A DNA stretch of 39,462 nt from the NCBI GenBank assembly GCA_022566155.1, contig JADFJS010000001.1:1-39462 (forward strand), written 5' to 3'. The DNA is from Chloroflexota bacterium. GTDB taxonomy: Bacteria > Chloroflexota > Dehalococcoidia > Lucifugimonadales > UBA3495. Below the pieces are notes generated by a model that saw nothing but the letters and a program-made list of their open reading frames with translations, had not been told where the DNA came from and made no database searches. The translations under genes were made by a program, and so were the position numbers. Below, piece after piece: positions 1-8,993 of the stretch (positions are counted from its first letter, which is position 1; every line of letters begins with the position of its first letter).

Positions 1-449
1 GTTGTTGGGAATGACGCAGGTTTTACATCGTGGTACACATAGAAGCGGAACCCGAGCGCCTCGAGCAGCGCATACGCTCCGTACACAACGGCGTGGTCAG
101 AGTTACCCCCAATCGAAAGTGTGGCGCCCATATCACAACGGCAGTGCCAGTGGGCGTCTGCGTGGTTGCTCTTACCCCGAGTTACATGGTGGCAGCACTG
201 GTCCTGATCTCGCCCAGGGACATTCAGCACGATCGTGTGCTCATTAGTGTGTTCAATTGTCCGATCAACCAACTCCTCTTGCAACGACAGTCGCACAGCT
301 GGCGGTGAAACGTGTTTCAGCCTGATGGGCATCTGCTGATTAGTCAAATCGTACAGGTTGCGGCGAAGCTCCATCGCAGCCAGTTCATGGTGCGTGCTGT
401 TATGCAGCACCAATATCGTCAGCGCAACAATGGAATACAATATGGCCAT
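1..449 (-). CDS. hypothetical protein, N-terminal part only (gene runs off the left edge)
   Basis: Absent from the ORF track because there is no stop inside the window. The reverse frame from ATG 449..447 stays open to position 3: MAILYSIVALTILVLHNSTHH...SIGGNSDHAVVYGAYALLEALGFRFYVYHDVKPASFPT. It has a hydrophobic N-terminus and a GxxYGxYxLLExLGxRF-like segment seen in N-terminal domains of secreted glycoside-hydrolase-like proteins. The + strand ORFs here are Arg-rich shadow frames. Confidence 0.4.
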   Translation of the reverse strand, partial: MAILYSIVALTILVLHNSTHHELAAMELRRNLYDLTNQQMPIRLKHVSPPAVRLSLQEELVDRTIEHTNEHTIVLNVPGRDQDQCCHHVTRGKSNHADAHWHCRCDMGATLSIGGNSDHAVVYGAYALLEALGFRFYVYHDVKPASFPT

Positions 450-668
450 TACTCAAGTATGTTGGAATAATTACAGAAAATAAAATAATTGATTATGCAA
501 TCATATTGTGGTAGCTTGTTATGTGCATCGCTAAGGGATCAGTCTCAGGTCAGAACCAAAGGTTCCGGACCCATAACCCGGACGGGACACCGAGATGCGA
601 ATGGCGATGTGGACCGAGGTAAAGACTGGGCCGTATACTAATCAGGTAATCAACCTACGGAGGCAAAC

Positions 669-1196
669 ATGAAGTTCCGCGGCGTGAATCATCTGGCCAT
701 GGTTACAAACGATATGGAGAAAACCGTGCGGTTCTACCGCGATATCCTGGGAATGCCCCTGGTGGCGGCCATCGGCAACACTCCCCAGCTCCCCTACCGG
801 CACTATTTCTTCGAGGCGGGCCCAAACAGCACCATCGCCTTCTTCGAATGGCCCGGCATGGTGGAGGAGTTCCACAAGCCGGCGGGGCAGCCCGCCACCG
901 GCCGCATCCAGTTCGATCACGTGTCCTTCGATGTCGAAAGCGAGGATGCGCTGCTGGAATTGCAGGGCATGCTGGCCAAGGCCGGTGTTGAAGTAACCCA
1001 CATCGTGGACCACCGGTTTATCCACTCGATCTACTTCACCGACCCCAACGGCATCGCCCTTGAGGCCTCGGTGTGGATCACCAATCCCACGGGACTTCCG
1101 GAGGGAGTGACCGACCATAGCCTGCTTCAGGACCGCATACCGGTCCCGGCCCTTCAGGAACAGCTAGACCAGGCACGGTTGGTCGAGACAACCTAG
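669..1196 (+). CDS. VOC (glyoxalase/bleomycin-resistance/dioxygenase) family protein
   Basis: N-terminal GVNHLAMVTNDMEKTVRFYRDILGMPLV and second-half HVSFDVES...YFTDPNGIALE are the typical paired beta-alpha-beta-beta-beta VOC modules. GGAGG lies 6 nt upstream of the ATG. Confidence 0.85.
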   Translation: MKFRGVNHLAMVTNDMEKTVRFYRDILGMPLVAAIGNTPQLPYRHYFFEAGPNSTIAFFEWPGMVEEFHKPAGQPATGRIQFDHVSFDVESEDALLELQGMLAKAGVEVTHIVDHRFIHSIYFTDPNGIALEASVWITNPTGLPEGVTDHSLLQDRIPVPALQEQLDQARLVETT

Positions 1197-1627
1197 GACT
1201 GGGCTTGCGCCGATGGGCCTTATCCCTGGTCCATTGGACTGGATTCCTAAAGTAAAGATACTCTTCCGGCTCAAGGGTGAGCTCGACCCCATGGGACTTC
1301 AAGCGTTCCACGAAGTCCCATCAGTTGCCGCAATGAATCAGGAGGCCATGCACGTTGCTGCTGGCCTCCTGGTATGTTTCAACGGGCTTGTAGAGCACGA
1401 CGGCCACGTCTTGCTGCCTCTTAATGCCCGTGGGCAGATCAACCTTGATCTCCCTAAATCACGGCCCGCTCCCGGCTATAGCATCCGAGCGGCCACTCCC
1501 CTTCTGGCGCACTCGTCCCGATGCCTAAAGGCCGGCGGATAGCTGGTGCAATGGTAAGATCATAGGCCAACGCCCACGAATCCCTGAACCAACCATACCA
1601 GAGCCACACGCAACGCAGCCGGTTCAC

Positions 1628-3259
1628 ATGCAGCAAACCAACCCTTCCCATGACAGCAGCCAGAGGTCTTCCAGGCCCGCAGACCTGCTGCTATTTAACG
1701 CCAACGTTTTGTCACTGGAACCAGGCATACCTACCGCCGACTCAGTTGCAATCGTGGGCGAAACGATCCTTGCCGTGGGAAAGGGCAAGGAGGTGGCAAA
1801 GCTAACCGGATCGGCAAGCAGACGGATAGACTGCCGGGGACTGACGCTGATGCCCGGCCTGATAGACTCTCACATCCACCTGCTGGCACTGGCCGCCGCC
1901 CGGCATGGACTGGACTGCAGCCCTCAGGCTGTATCGTCTATCCGGGAATTGTTAGAGCTGGTCCGCGGCCGGGCCGAGGGAACGCCGCCGGGCCGATGGA
2001 TACGCGCCTTCGCCTACGACGATCTGTCCCTGAAGGAGGGCCGGCACCCGACCCGCTGGGAGCTGGACGCGGTGGCGCCCCACCATCCGGTGCGCCTGGA
2101 CCATCGCAGTGGGCACGCCACGGTCCTGAACAGCCGCGGTCTGCAGATGGCAGGGATAGACAAGGATACTCCGGACCCGGTGGATGGGGTGATCGATCGG
2201 ATCCAGGACACAGGGGAACCCACCGGGCTACTGCTGGATGCGGCCACCTTTCTCCGCCAGCGGCTAGGACCGTCGGCAGACCCGTCGGCGCTACAAGAGC
2301 GGATCGAGGGCCTGAACCAAACCCTATTAAGTTATGGCATCACTTCCGTACAGGACGCGGGCCCCGGCAACGACCTGTCGCGTTGGGACGTTTACCGGGG
2401 CCTGCGGGAATCGGGCAGGCTCCATTGCCGCGTCACGATGATGGCCGGCATCTCCCACCTCGCCGAATTTCGGGAGGCGGGCCTGTGCTGGGGCGACGGC
2501 GATGACGGGTCGCGCTTGGGGCATACAAAAATTATGCTGACCCTGACCACCGGAGATCTACAGCCCGGTATCGATGAACTGCACCAGATGGTACAACGGG
2601 CGCATGGCGAGGGATTTCCGGTGGCCATACACGCCGTGGAGCGGGAAGCAGTGGCCGCCGCCGTGCAGGTCCTGCGGGAAAACCCACGGGTTGTGACCGG
2701 TTCCGCCGCAGGTCCCAGGGACCGCATCGAACACTGCGCCGAGTGCCCTCCTGAGCTAGTTTCTCAGGTTTCGGAATGCGGCGCCATGGTGGTGACCCAG
2801 CCGGGGTTCGTTTACTGGAATGGGGAGGCTTACGAACAGAGGGTTGAGCCTTCGCTGTTGCCCCACCTGTACGCCGTGGGCGCCCTGGACCGGGCAGGCG
2901 TGCCCCTGGCATTCGGCTCCGATGCGCCGGTTACCGACCCTAACCCGTGGCCAGCAATCTACAGCGCAGTGACGCGAGCAACCAGCGGCGGCGGGACTCT
3001 GCCTGCGAGAGAACCTGGCCGATCCGGCATGGGGCAAGGGATCCCGGTGGCGCGGGCGCTGCGCATGAACACCCTGGGCGGGGCATGGGCCGAGGGGACG
3101 CAAGGCCGCAAGGGGACGATTCGGCCCGGCAAGCTGGCCGACCTGGTGTTGCTGGACGGCGATCCAATCAGGATGGATCCCAATCGACTCAAGGACATAC
3201 GCGCTGTCCTGACAGTGGTGGGAGGCCAGGTTGCCTGGGAGGGTGGCTTGCTATCCTAG
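1628..3259 (+). CDS. amidohydrolase family protein (Amidohydro_3 / YtcJ-like metal-dependent hydrolase)
   Basis: 543 aa. Carries the PGLIDSHIHLL HxH metal motif near the N-terminus, internal AIHAVE, and C-terminal FGSDAPV plus GKLADLVLLD, typical of this family. Confidence 0.85.
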   Translation: MQQTNPSHDSSQRSSRPADLLLFNANVLSLEPGIPTADSVAIVGETILAVGKGKEVAKLTGSASRRIDCRGLTLMPGLIDSHIHLLALAAARHGLDCSPQAVSSIRELLELVRGRAEGTPPGRWIRAFAYDDLSLKEGRHPTRWELDAVAPHHPVRLDHRSGHATVLNSRGLQMAGIDKDTPDPVDGVIDRIQDTGEPTGLLLDAATFLRQRLGPSADPSALQERIEGLNQTLLSYGITSVQDAGPGNDLSRWDVYRGLRESGRLHCRVTMMAGISHLAEFREAGLCWGDGDDGSRLGHTKIMLTLTTGDLQPGIDELHQMVQRAHGEGFPVAIHAVEREAVAAAVQVLRENPRVVTGSAAGPRDRIEHCAECPPELVSQVSECGAMVVTQPGFVYWNGEAYEQRVEPSLLPHLYAVGALDRAGVPLAFGSDAPVTDPNPWPAIYSAVTRATSGGGTLPAREPGRSGMGQGIPVARALRMNTLGGAWAEGTQGRKGTIRPGKLADLVLLDGDPIRMDPNRLKDIRAVLTVVGGQVAWEGGLLS

Positions 3260-3415
3260 AGCCTCATAATTAGCTTGTACCCAGTCCGTCATGCCAGCGT
3301 CCGCCTGCGGCGGTGGATCCAGCCAGCGCTTCTCTGGGTTCTCCGCCTGCGGCGGACGCCGGATAGACGATTGTCGGGTGGGGGCGGACCCCTATCGGCG
3401 CACCGAGACTGTCGG

Positions 3416-4399
3416 TTACCGGCTGCGCTCCCAGATATAGTCGCACAACTTCAGAAGGGAAACTCGCGCGTCGCATTCTGGGAGTATATCCAGGCAGCGG
3501 CTGGCCTTCTCGGAGTATTCCCGGATGATAGCGTAACAGTCTTCGATGATGCCGGCGTTTTTGATCAACTCCAGGATCTCTTGTACTTTGCCGTCCTGGG
3601 TCGGGTCCTTGAACAGCGATGCGATGGGATTGTCATCGGGGTAGCGCTCCATCAGCATGATCGTGGGCAGGGTCAGCACTCCCTGGAGGAGATCGGCGCC
3701 CACCGGCTTACCCAACTTCGCCGCGTCACCGTGGACGTCCAGCAGGTCGTCGACTATCTGAAACGCCATGCCGATGTTGTAACCGTAGTCCTTCAAAGCC
3801 TGAATCTGCGGCTCGGGAGCCCCACCCAGAATAGAGCCGGTCTCCGCGGATGTGCAAAACAAGGACGCGGTTTTCCTGTATATGCGATCTAGGTACATGT
3901 CCCGGGCCTGCGCCGGGTCGAAGGCGTTGAAAACCTCCACCAGCTCGCCGCTGGCCAGCTCCATGATCGTCTCGGAGAAACGCCGCACGACCCGTATATT
4001 ATCGGTGTCGCAGACAAAAGTCGCCGAGGTGGCGAATACGTAGTCTCCAAACAGAACGGCCACGTGCTTGCCCCATTGGTTACTGACCGTGGCCTTCCCC
4101 CGGCGTAGGTCCGAATCGTCAACCGTGTCGTCATGGATGAGGGCAGCCAGATGAAGAAGCTCCACCGCCGCAGCCATGATTATGGGATTCTTTGGGTCGT
4201 GGGGATAGAACGCGGCGGCAAGCAGAGTGATAGCGGGGCGTATACGCTTGCCACCCGAGTTAAGAACGTGGTCCAAGAGGGGTAACAACTCGGGTCTGTC
4301 GTTTCGGCACAACCCAGCCAGTGTTGCATCCACTTGATCCAAGTGGGTCTGTATGGGAGCGTAGATTGAAGCGGTCTGCTGGTCCAGGCCTGTCAACAC
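3416..4399 (-). CDS. long-chain polyprenyl diphosphate synthase (IspB/HepT-like)
   Basis: First Asp-rich motif LIHDDTVDDSDLRRG and second motif FQIVDDLLD. 327 aa. The GTG start overlaps the metG stop (GTGTTGA at 4399..4393). Confidence 0.88.
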   Translation of the reverse strand: MLTGLDQQTASIYAPIQTHLDQVDATLAGLCRNDRPELLPLLDHVLNSGGKRIRPAITLLAAAFYPHDPKNPIIMAAAVELLHLAALIHDDTVDDSDLRRGKATVSNQWGKHVAVLFGDYVFATSATFVCDTDNIRVVRRFSETIMELASGELVEVFNAFDPAQARDMYLDRIYRKTASLFCTSAETGSILGGAPEPQIQALKDYGYNIGMAFQIVDDLLDVHGDAAKLGKPVGADLLQGVLTLPTIMLMERYPDDNPIASLFKDPTQDGKVQEILELIKNAGIIEDCYAIIREYSEKASRCLDILPECDARVSLLKLCDYIWERSR

Positions 4400-6105
4400 C
4401 CTGCCTCCTGTGCTACCGTGTTGCGAGTTTGGCCGCCGAGGCGCTGAAGTTCATCATCAACCACTTGTGGGTCCAGCTTGGTATAGAGCGGCGCCGGACT
4501 GCGCAATGGCCGCCCCGACTCCATAGCTCCAACGGCATGGTCAAAGTCCCACGTTCCTTCTTCCACCTTACCATCAAGCCCAAGGTAACCATGAAGCTGC
4601 TGAGAGCTGAATGGCAGGAAGGGGAACAGCATCACCTTCAAGCAGTTAATGACGGCTATGCTAACCCAAAGACTGGTGGCGGCATCCTGTTTGTCGGTCT
4701 TGATTGCCAGCCACGGCGCCCTGGTGTCCAGGTAACGGTTGGCGTCACGGGCCAGGGAGAAGGCCTGCCCGATGGCGGCCTTGAAATGGCAAGCGTGGAT
4801 GTTCTGGTCCACACCGTCCATAGCGATTCGCGCCGTATCCAACAGGCCCTGGTCCAACTCGCCCAGTGTTCCATGATCGGGCACCTGGCCATCGAAGTTC
4901 CGGTAGGTGAACGATAATACCCGATGCACCAAATTCCCATAGGTCGCCACCAGCTCTTCATTGTTGCGGCGAACGAATTCGGACCAGGAGAAGTTAACAT
5001 CCCCGGACTCGGGCATATTAATGGATAGCAGGTAGCGCAATGGGTCCGGGTCATATCTGGAGAGGTAATCGGGCAACCACACTGCCCAGTTCTGGCTGGT
5101 GGAGAATTTTTGATCTTCCAGACTGAGGAACTCATTTGCCGGCACGTCGTAAGGCAGGTTTAGACCACCATGAGCCATCAGCATAGCGGGCCATATGATG
5201 GTGTGAAATGGAATGTTGTCTTTTCCAATGAAGTAATAGCTTCGAGTACCGGGGTCCTGCCAGAAGTCCTTCCACCTGGCGGCATCGCCCGACCGCTGTG
5301 CCCACTCGATTGCGGCCGAAAGATAACCGGTGACCGCTTCAAACCAGACGTAGATGCGCTTATCCTCTTGGCCTTCCGCCGGCACGGTCACGCCCCAGGA
5401 TATGTCCCGGGTAATGGCCCGGTCCTTGAGCCCGTCTTCCAGGTAGCGGCGGGTGAAATTGAGGACGTTGGGCCGCCAGTGCGTCTGTTTGCGTACCCAT
5501 TCCAGCAAGGGTTCTTGGAAACTGGACAGCTTGAAAAACAGGTGTTCCGACTCCCGGAACTCGGGCTCCGCACCGCATATGACGCAGCGGATCTCCAGCA
5601 GGTCCTGGGGGTCCAAGGTCCGTCCGCAGCTATCACACTGGTCCCCTCTGGCCCGGATATTGCCGCAGTGTGGGCAGGTCCCTTGGACGTAACGGTCGGG
5701 TTGGAACCGCTGGCATTGGGGACAGTAAGACAGCACCATGGTCCCCGAATATATGTGGCCATGCTCCTGCAAAACACGGAACAGGTCGTGGAATACTTTC
5801 TGGTGGTTCTCGGTAAGAGTGGTGGTGAAGAGGTCGAAGGTGATGCCCAGCCGGTCCCAGCTATCCAGAAATTCGGGGTGGAACCTCTCCACTATTGCCT
5901 CTGGAGTCGTGCCCTCCCTGTCTGCTTGGATGGTTATGGGGGTGCCGTGGCTGTCACTGCCCGATACCATGAGCACATCGTTGCCTTTGAGCCGATGGTA
6001 ACGGGCAAATATGTCCGCCGGGAGATAGCAACCGGCCAGGTGGCCTAGATGCAGCGACCCGTTGGCATATGGCCAGGCTACGCCGATGAAAATGCGCTCG
6101 GCCAA
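4393..6105 (-). CDS. metG: methionine--tRNA ligase
   Basis: HIGH-type motif ANGSLHLGHLAG and KMSKS-type KFSTS. Four zinc-knuckle CxxC motifs (CPQC, CPHC, CDSC, CVIC). TTG start with AGGAGG 10 nt upstream. Confidence 0.93.
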   Translation of the reverse strand: MAERIFIGVAWPYANGSLHLGHLAGCYLPADIFARYHRLKGNDVLMVSGSDSHGTPITIQADREGTTPEAIVERFHPEFLDSWDRLGITFDLFTTTLTENHQKVFHDLFRVLQEHGHIYSGTMVLSYCPQCQRFQPDRYVQGTCPHCGNIRARGDQCDSCGRTLDPQDLLEIRCVICGAEPEFRESEHLFFKLSSFQEPLLEWVRKQTHWRPNVLNFTRRYLEDGLKDRAITRDISWGVTVPAEGQEDKRIYVWFEAVTGYLSAAIEWAQRSGDAARWKDFWQDPGTRSYYFIGKDNIPFHTIIWPAMLMAHGGLNLPYDVPANEFLSLEDQKFSTSQNWAVWLPDYLSRYDPDPLRYLLSINMPESGDVNFSWSEFVRRNNEELVATYGNLVHRVLSFTYRNFDGQVPDHGTLGELDQGLLDTARIAMDGVDQNIHACHFKAAIGQAFSLARDANRYLDTRAPWLAIKTDKQDAATSLWVSIAVINCLKVMLFPFLPFSSQQLHGYLGLDGKVEEGTWDFDHAVGAMESGRPLRSPAPLYTKLDPQVVDDELQRLGGQTRNTVAQEAGC

Positions 6106-6180
6106 GGGTGGGGTTCCTCCTAATTACCCCCCGTTGGCCCCCCTGATTAAGGGCGCGCAAAAGGGGGATCGAACGCGTGT

Positions 6181-6189
6181 ATTCTACCA
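6181..6189 (-). promoter_or_regulatory. candidate extended -10 promoter element for metG
   Basis: The reverse strand reads TGgTAGAAT about 75 nt upstream of the metG start. No convincing -35. Confidence 0.3.
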
Positions 6190-6282
6190 CAGGAGCCCTG
6201 TATGATGGAGTTGGGCCGGTTATGCTCCAATGGCTAGGAAAGGGCGATAATAGAAGGGCTCCGATGCGGCGGTTACGGGCTG

Positions 6283-6311
6283 TTGACAAGGTCAAATCGG
6301 CCTGCTAACAT
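6283..6311 (+). promoter_or_regulatory. candidate sigma-70-type promoter for the ilv-leu leader
   Basis: TTGACA (6283..6288), 17-nt spacer, TAACAT (6306..6311), lying just upstream of the T-box leader. Confidence 0.45.
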
Positions 6312-6339
6312 TTCTTGATTACACCATTAATGTTCCCGC

Positions 6340-6622
6340 CTTGAAGGGGAGTACTAAGAGTACACTGTCTCAGAGAGTCGGCGATCGGTGAAAGTCCGGC
6401 GGCAGTAAGGCTCCCAACTCGCCCCCGAGCGGCCCGCCTGAACAACGGAGCAATATCCGAAGTAGGGTGGGACGGTTGACCCCGTTAAAAGTCTCCGAGC
6501 TGTTCCGGTATCACAGCTAATCCGCGATCAGGCGTCACCTGAAAGCTGAAAGCCTTGTGCCGGAAAAGAAGGGTGGTACCGCGGGCCTGATAGACCCGTC
6601 CCTTCATGGGATGGGTTTTTTT
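6340..6622 (+). promoter_or_regulatory. T-box riboswitch leader, apparent Leu (CUC) specifier
   Basis: Stem I elements are present: AGUA (6350..6353), AG bulge AGAGA (6372..6376), distal loop GGUGAAAG (6387..6394). The specifier loop 3' side reads CAA-CUC-G followed by CCCC, which pairs with GGGG 6346..6349. F-box CCGTTA is at 6482..6487, the T-box motif GGGTGGTACCGCG at 6571..6583, and a terminator follows. Confidence 0.85.
6595..6622 (+). terminator. intrinsic terminator of the T-box leader (attenuator)
   Basis: CCCGTCCC / GGGATGGG 8-bp stem (one G-U pair), loop TTCAT, then TTTTTTT. The 5' arm can alternatively pair within the T-box antiterminator. Confidence 0.8.
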
Positions 6623-6683
6623 ATTTGTCAAATTCCCCTTGAACCCGCTGGGAAAGTGGGCACGCAAAGGACTAGGAGAACCG

Positions 6684-8378
6684 ATGGAACTGAGCGGCGC
6701 GGAAATCGTCTGTGAAAGCCTTCTGAAGGAAGGCGTAGAGGTTATCTTCGGGTTACCGGGGGGAGCGGTACTGCCGCTATACGGGGCCCTATCCAAGTAT
6801 CCCAAGCTGCGCCACATACTGGTGCGCCACGAACAGGCCGCAGTCATGGCCGCCGACGGCTATGCCAGGGCAACCGGACGGGTGGGCGTCTGCTCCGCCA
6901 CTTCCGGACCCGGAGCCACCAACCTGGTCACCGGCATCGCCAGCGCCCAGATGGACTCCATACCCATAGTGGCCATCACCGGCCAGGTGCCCCGCGCCGC
7001 CATCGGAAAAGATTCCTTCCAGGAGACCGACGTAACCGGCATAACCCTGCCCATCACCAAGCACAACTACCTGGTCATGGACGTCAGTGAAGTGGCTCCC
7101 GTGATAAAGGAAGCTTTTTACGTCGCGCGTACCGGACGTCCCGGCCCGGTCCTGGTGGATATTCCCAAAGATATTTTGTTGGATGAGCGGACGGAATTCA
7201 TCTGGCCCGAAAATGTAAGCCTGGCCGGCTACAACCCCCCGCGGGAAGCGCCGGCGGAGCAGGTGGCTCAGGCAGTCAAACTGATAAACGAGGCGGAGCG
7301 CCCCATCATTCTGGCCGGGCACGGGACGTTGATCTCCCACGCCTACGATGAAGTCAGGGAGCTTGCGGAAAAGGCCCAGATCCCGGTCGTCACCACCCTT
7401 CTGGGGATCAGCTCCTTTCCAACCGACCACTACCTGAACTTGGGGATGCCGGGAATGCACGGCATGGCGTACGCCAGCCTGGCCATCGACAAAGCGGACC
7501 TGCTGATCGCCCTCGGCATGCGGTTCGACGACCGGGTAACCGGACGCCTTCGGGACTTCGCGCCCAATGCCAAGGTGATTCACATCGATATCGACCCGTC
7601 GGAGCTCAACAAGAACGTCAAGGCCACGGTCCCTTTGCTGGGCGACCTCAAAATGGTATTGGGCCAGTTGGTCCCCCAGGTTGAGGCCAACGTCCATATG
7701 GACTGGCTGCACTATATCGATGCCCTGCGCGTGGACCATCCATCCACGGTCATCCGGGAAACCGATGAGCTGCTGCCCCAATTCGTGCTCCGGGAGCTGA
7801 CCAAGGCGACGCAGGGCGAGGCCATCATAGTCACCGGGGTAGGGCAGCACCAGATGTGGGCCGCCCAGTACTGCGCTTTTCTGGAACCGAACACCCTGAT
7901 CACCTCAGGGGGCTTGGGCTCCATGGGATTCGAAGTGCCGGCTGCGCTGGGCGCCAAAGTCGGCCGGCCCGACAAGACGGTCTGGTCCATCGCCGGGGAT
8001 GGTGGATTTCAGATGACCATGTGTGATCTGGCCACCGCGGTGGAGAATAACATCAACGTCAAGTTCGCCATCATGAACAACGGGGTCCTGGGCATGGTGC
8101 ACCAATGGCAGGACTTATTCTATGAGAAGGACTATTTCTCCACGGTCTACACGCGCAACCCGGACTTCGTGAAGCTGGCCGAGGCCTATGGCATCGCGGG
8201 CATCCGGGTCAAAGAGAAGGGGGAAGTCGCCGAGGCCATTCAGCAGGCCATGGAGATCCCGGGCCCGGTGGTCATCGACTTTGTGGTCAAAGCCGATGAA
8301 AACGTCTTCCCTATGATCCCCGCGGGGGAATCGGTGCACGAGATGTTGGAAGAGCCCACGCCGGAACGGACGGCATAG
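6684..8378 (+). CDS. ilvB: acetolactate synthase (AHAS) large subunit, biosynthetic type
   Basis: ThDP-enzyme motifs ATSGPGATNL, GGLGSMGFEVPAALGA and IAGDGGFQMT. I chose ATG 6684 (AGGAG at 6674..6678) rather than the track start 6606, which lies inside the leader terminator. Confidence 0.93.
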   Translation: MELSGAEIVCESLLKEGVEVIFGLPGGAVLPLYGALSKYPKLRHILVRHEQAAVMAADGYARATGRVGVCSATSGPGATNLVTGIASAQMDSIPIVAITGQVPRAAIGKDSFQETDVTGITLPITKHNYLVMDVSEVAPVIKEAFYVARTGRPGPVLVDIPKDILLDERTEFIWPENVSLAGYNPPREAPAEQVAQAVKLINEAERPIILAGHGTLISHAYDEVRELAEKAQIPVVTTLLGISSFPTDHYLNLGMPGMHGMAYASLAIDKADLLIALGMRFDDRVTGRLRDFAPNAKVIHIDIDPSELNKNVKATVPLLGDLKMVLGQLVPQVEANVHMDWLHYIDALRVDHPSTVIRETDELLPQFVLRELTKATQGEAIIVTGVGQHQMWAAQYCAFLEPNTLITSGGLGSMGFEVPAALGAKVGRPDKTVWSIAGDGGFQMTMCDLATAVENNINVKFAIMNNGVLGMVHQWQDLFYEKDYFSTVYTRNPDFVKLAEAYGIAGIRVKEKGEVAEAIQQAMEIPGPVVIDFVVKADENVFPMIPAGESVHEMLEEPTPERTA

Positions 8379-8915
8379 ATGAGCGATAAAGAACAGAAAC
8401 ACACGATAGTAGCCCTGGTTGCCGACAAGCCGGGGGTGCTGACCCGCATCGCCAGCATGTTCCGGCGGCGCGGCTACAACATTGCCAGCCTGGCGGTGGG
8501 CCAGAGCGAGCAACCCGGCTTCTCCCGCATGACCTTCGTGGTGGAGGGCGACGAAGACACCGTTAACCAGGTGACCAAGCAGCTCGACAAACTCATCGAC
8601 GTGATACGCGTCTCCGACATCACCGGCCGGGAAACCGTGGCCCGGGAACTGGCCCTGATCAAGGTGCTGGCCACTCCGGCGACCCGGGGTGAGATCATCC
8701 AGATCGTCAATCTCTTCCGGGCCTCCATCGTGGATGTTGGCACCCAATCCATGGTGGTGGAGATAACGGGGGAAGAGGACAAGATCAACGCCCTTTACAA
8801 CCTGCTGGAGCCTTGCGGGGTCATCGAGATGCTTCGCACCGGCGTGGTCGCCATGGTGCGCGGCCAGGCCAACGGCCAGGTTACCGACGATGTCGGCATG
8901 GCCGTAATCCAGTGA
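8379..8915 (+). CDS. ilvN: acetolactate synthase small (regulatory) subunit
   Basis: ACT domain HTIVALVADKPGVLTRIASMFRRRGYNIASLAVG plus the C-terminal ALS small-subunit domain. The ATG directly abuts the ilvB stop (TAGATG). Confidence 0.92.
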   Translation: MSDKEQKHTIVALVADKPGVLTRIASMFRRRGYNIASLAVGQSEQPGFSRMTFVVEGDEDTVNQVTKQLDKLIDVIRVSDITGRETVARELALIKVLATPATRGEIIQIVNLFRASIVDVGTQSMVVEITGEEDKINALYNLLEPCGVIEMLRTGVVAMVRGQANGQVTDDVGMAVIQ

Positions 8916-8993
8916 TAGCGCTGGCCGGCCAAGAGAGAACTTCCATCTGAGTTACTGGGGCGTTGCGCCCAGAATTTTTGAGAAGTGAGTGCG

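Noticed and set aside
1213-1542. Forward ORF of 109 aa between the VOC gene and the amidohydrolase
   Set aside because: No start context and no motifs. The opposite strand shows VOC-like similarity (see finding), so the forward frame is probably spurious.
6411-6416. First CUC triplet (in GGCUCC) as the T-box 1 specifier
   Set aside because: In the Stem I fold this CUC pairs with GAG (6357..6359) in the helix above the specifier loop. The loop-exposed CUC at 6418..6420, followed by a purine and the closing CCCC, fits the canonical position.
6606-6683. Track start for ilvB at 6606 (MGWVFLFVKFPLNPLG...)
   Set aside because: This start lies inside the T-box leader terminator hairpin and U-tract. 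ATG 6684 has an AGGAG SD and gives the canonical AHAS N-terminus.
6789-7850. Long reverse-strand ORF (353 aa) inside ilvB. Similar long antisense or alternate-frame ORFs occur at 5170..6048, 8115..8747, 12234..12977, 19077..19874, 20136..20843, 21928..22452, 22827..23321 and 34416..35306.
   Set aside because: These are shadow ORFs typical of GC-rich DNA. Their products are Arg/Gly/Pro/His-rich with no motifs, and each lies opposite or out of frame to a gene with unambiguous family signatures.
8955-8979. Possible weak terminator between ilvN and ilvC (CTGGG-N8-CCCAG followed by AATTTTTG)
   Set aside because: The stem is only 5 bp with an 8-nt loop inside an obvious operon. It is too weak to call.
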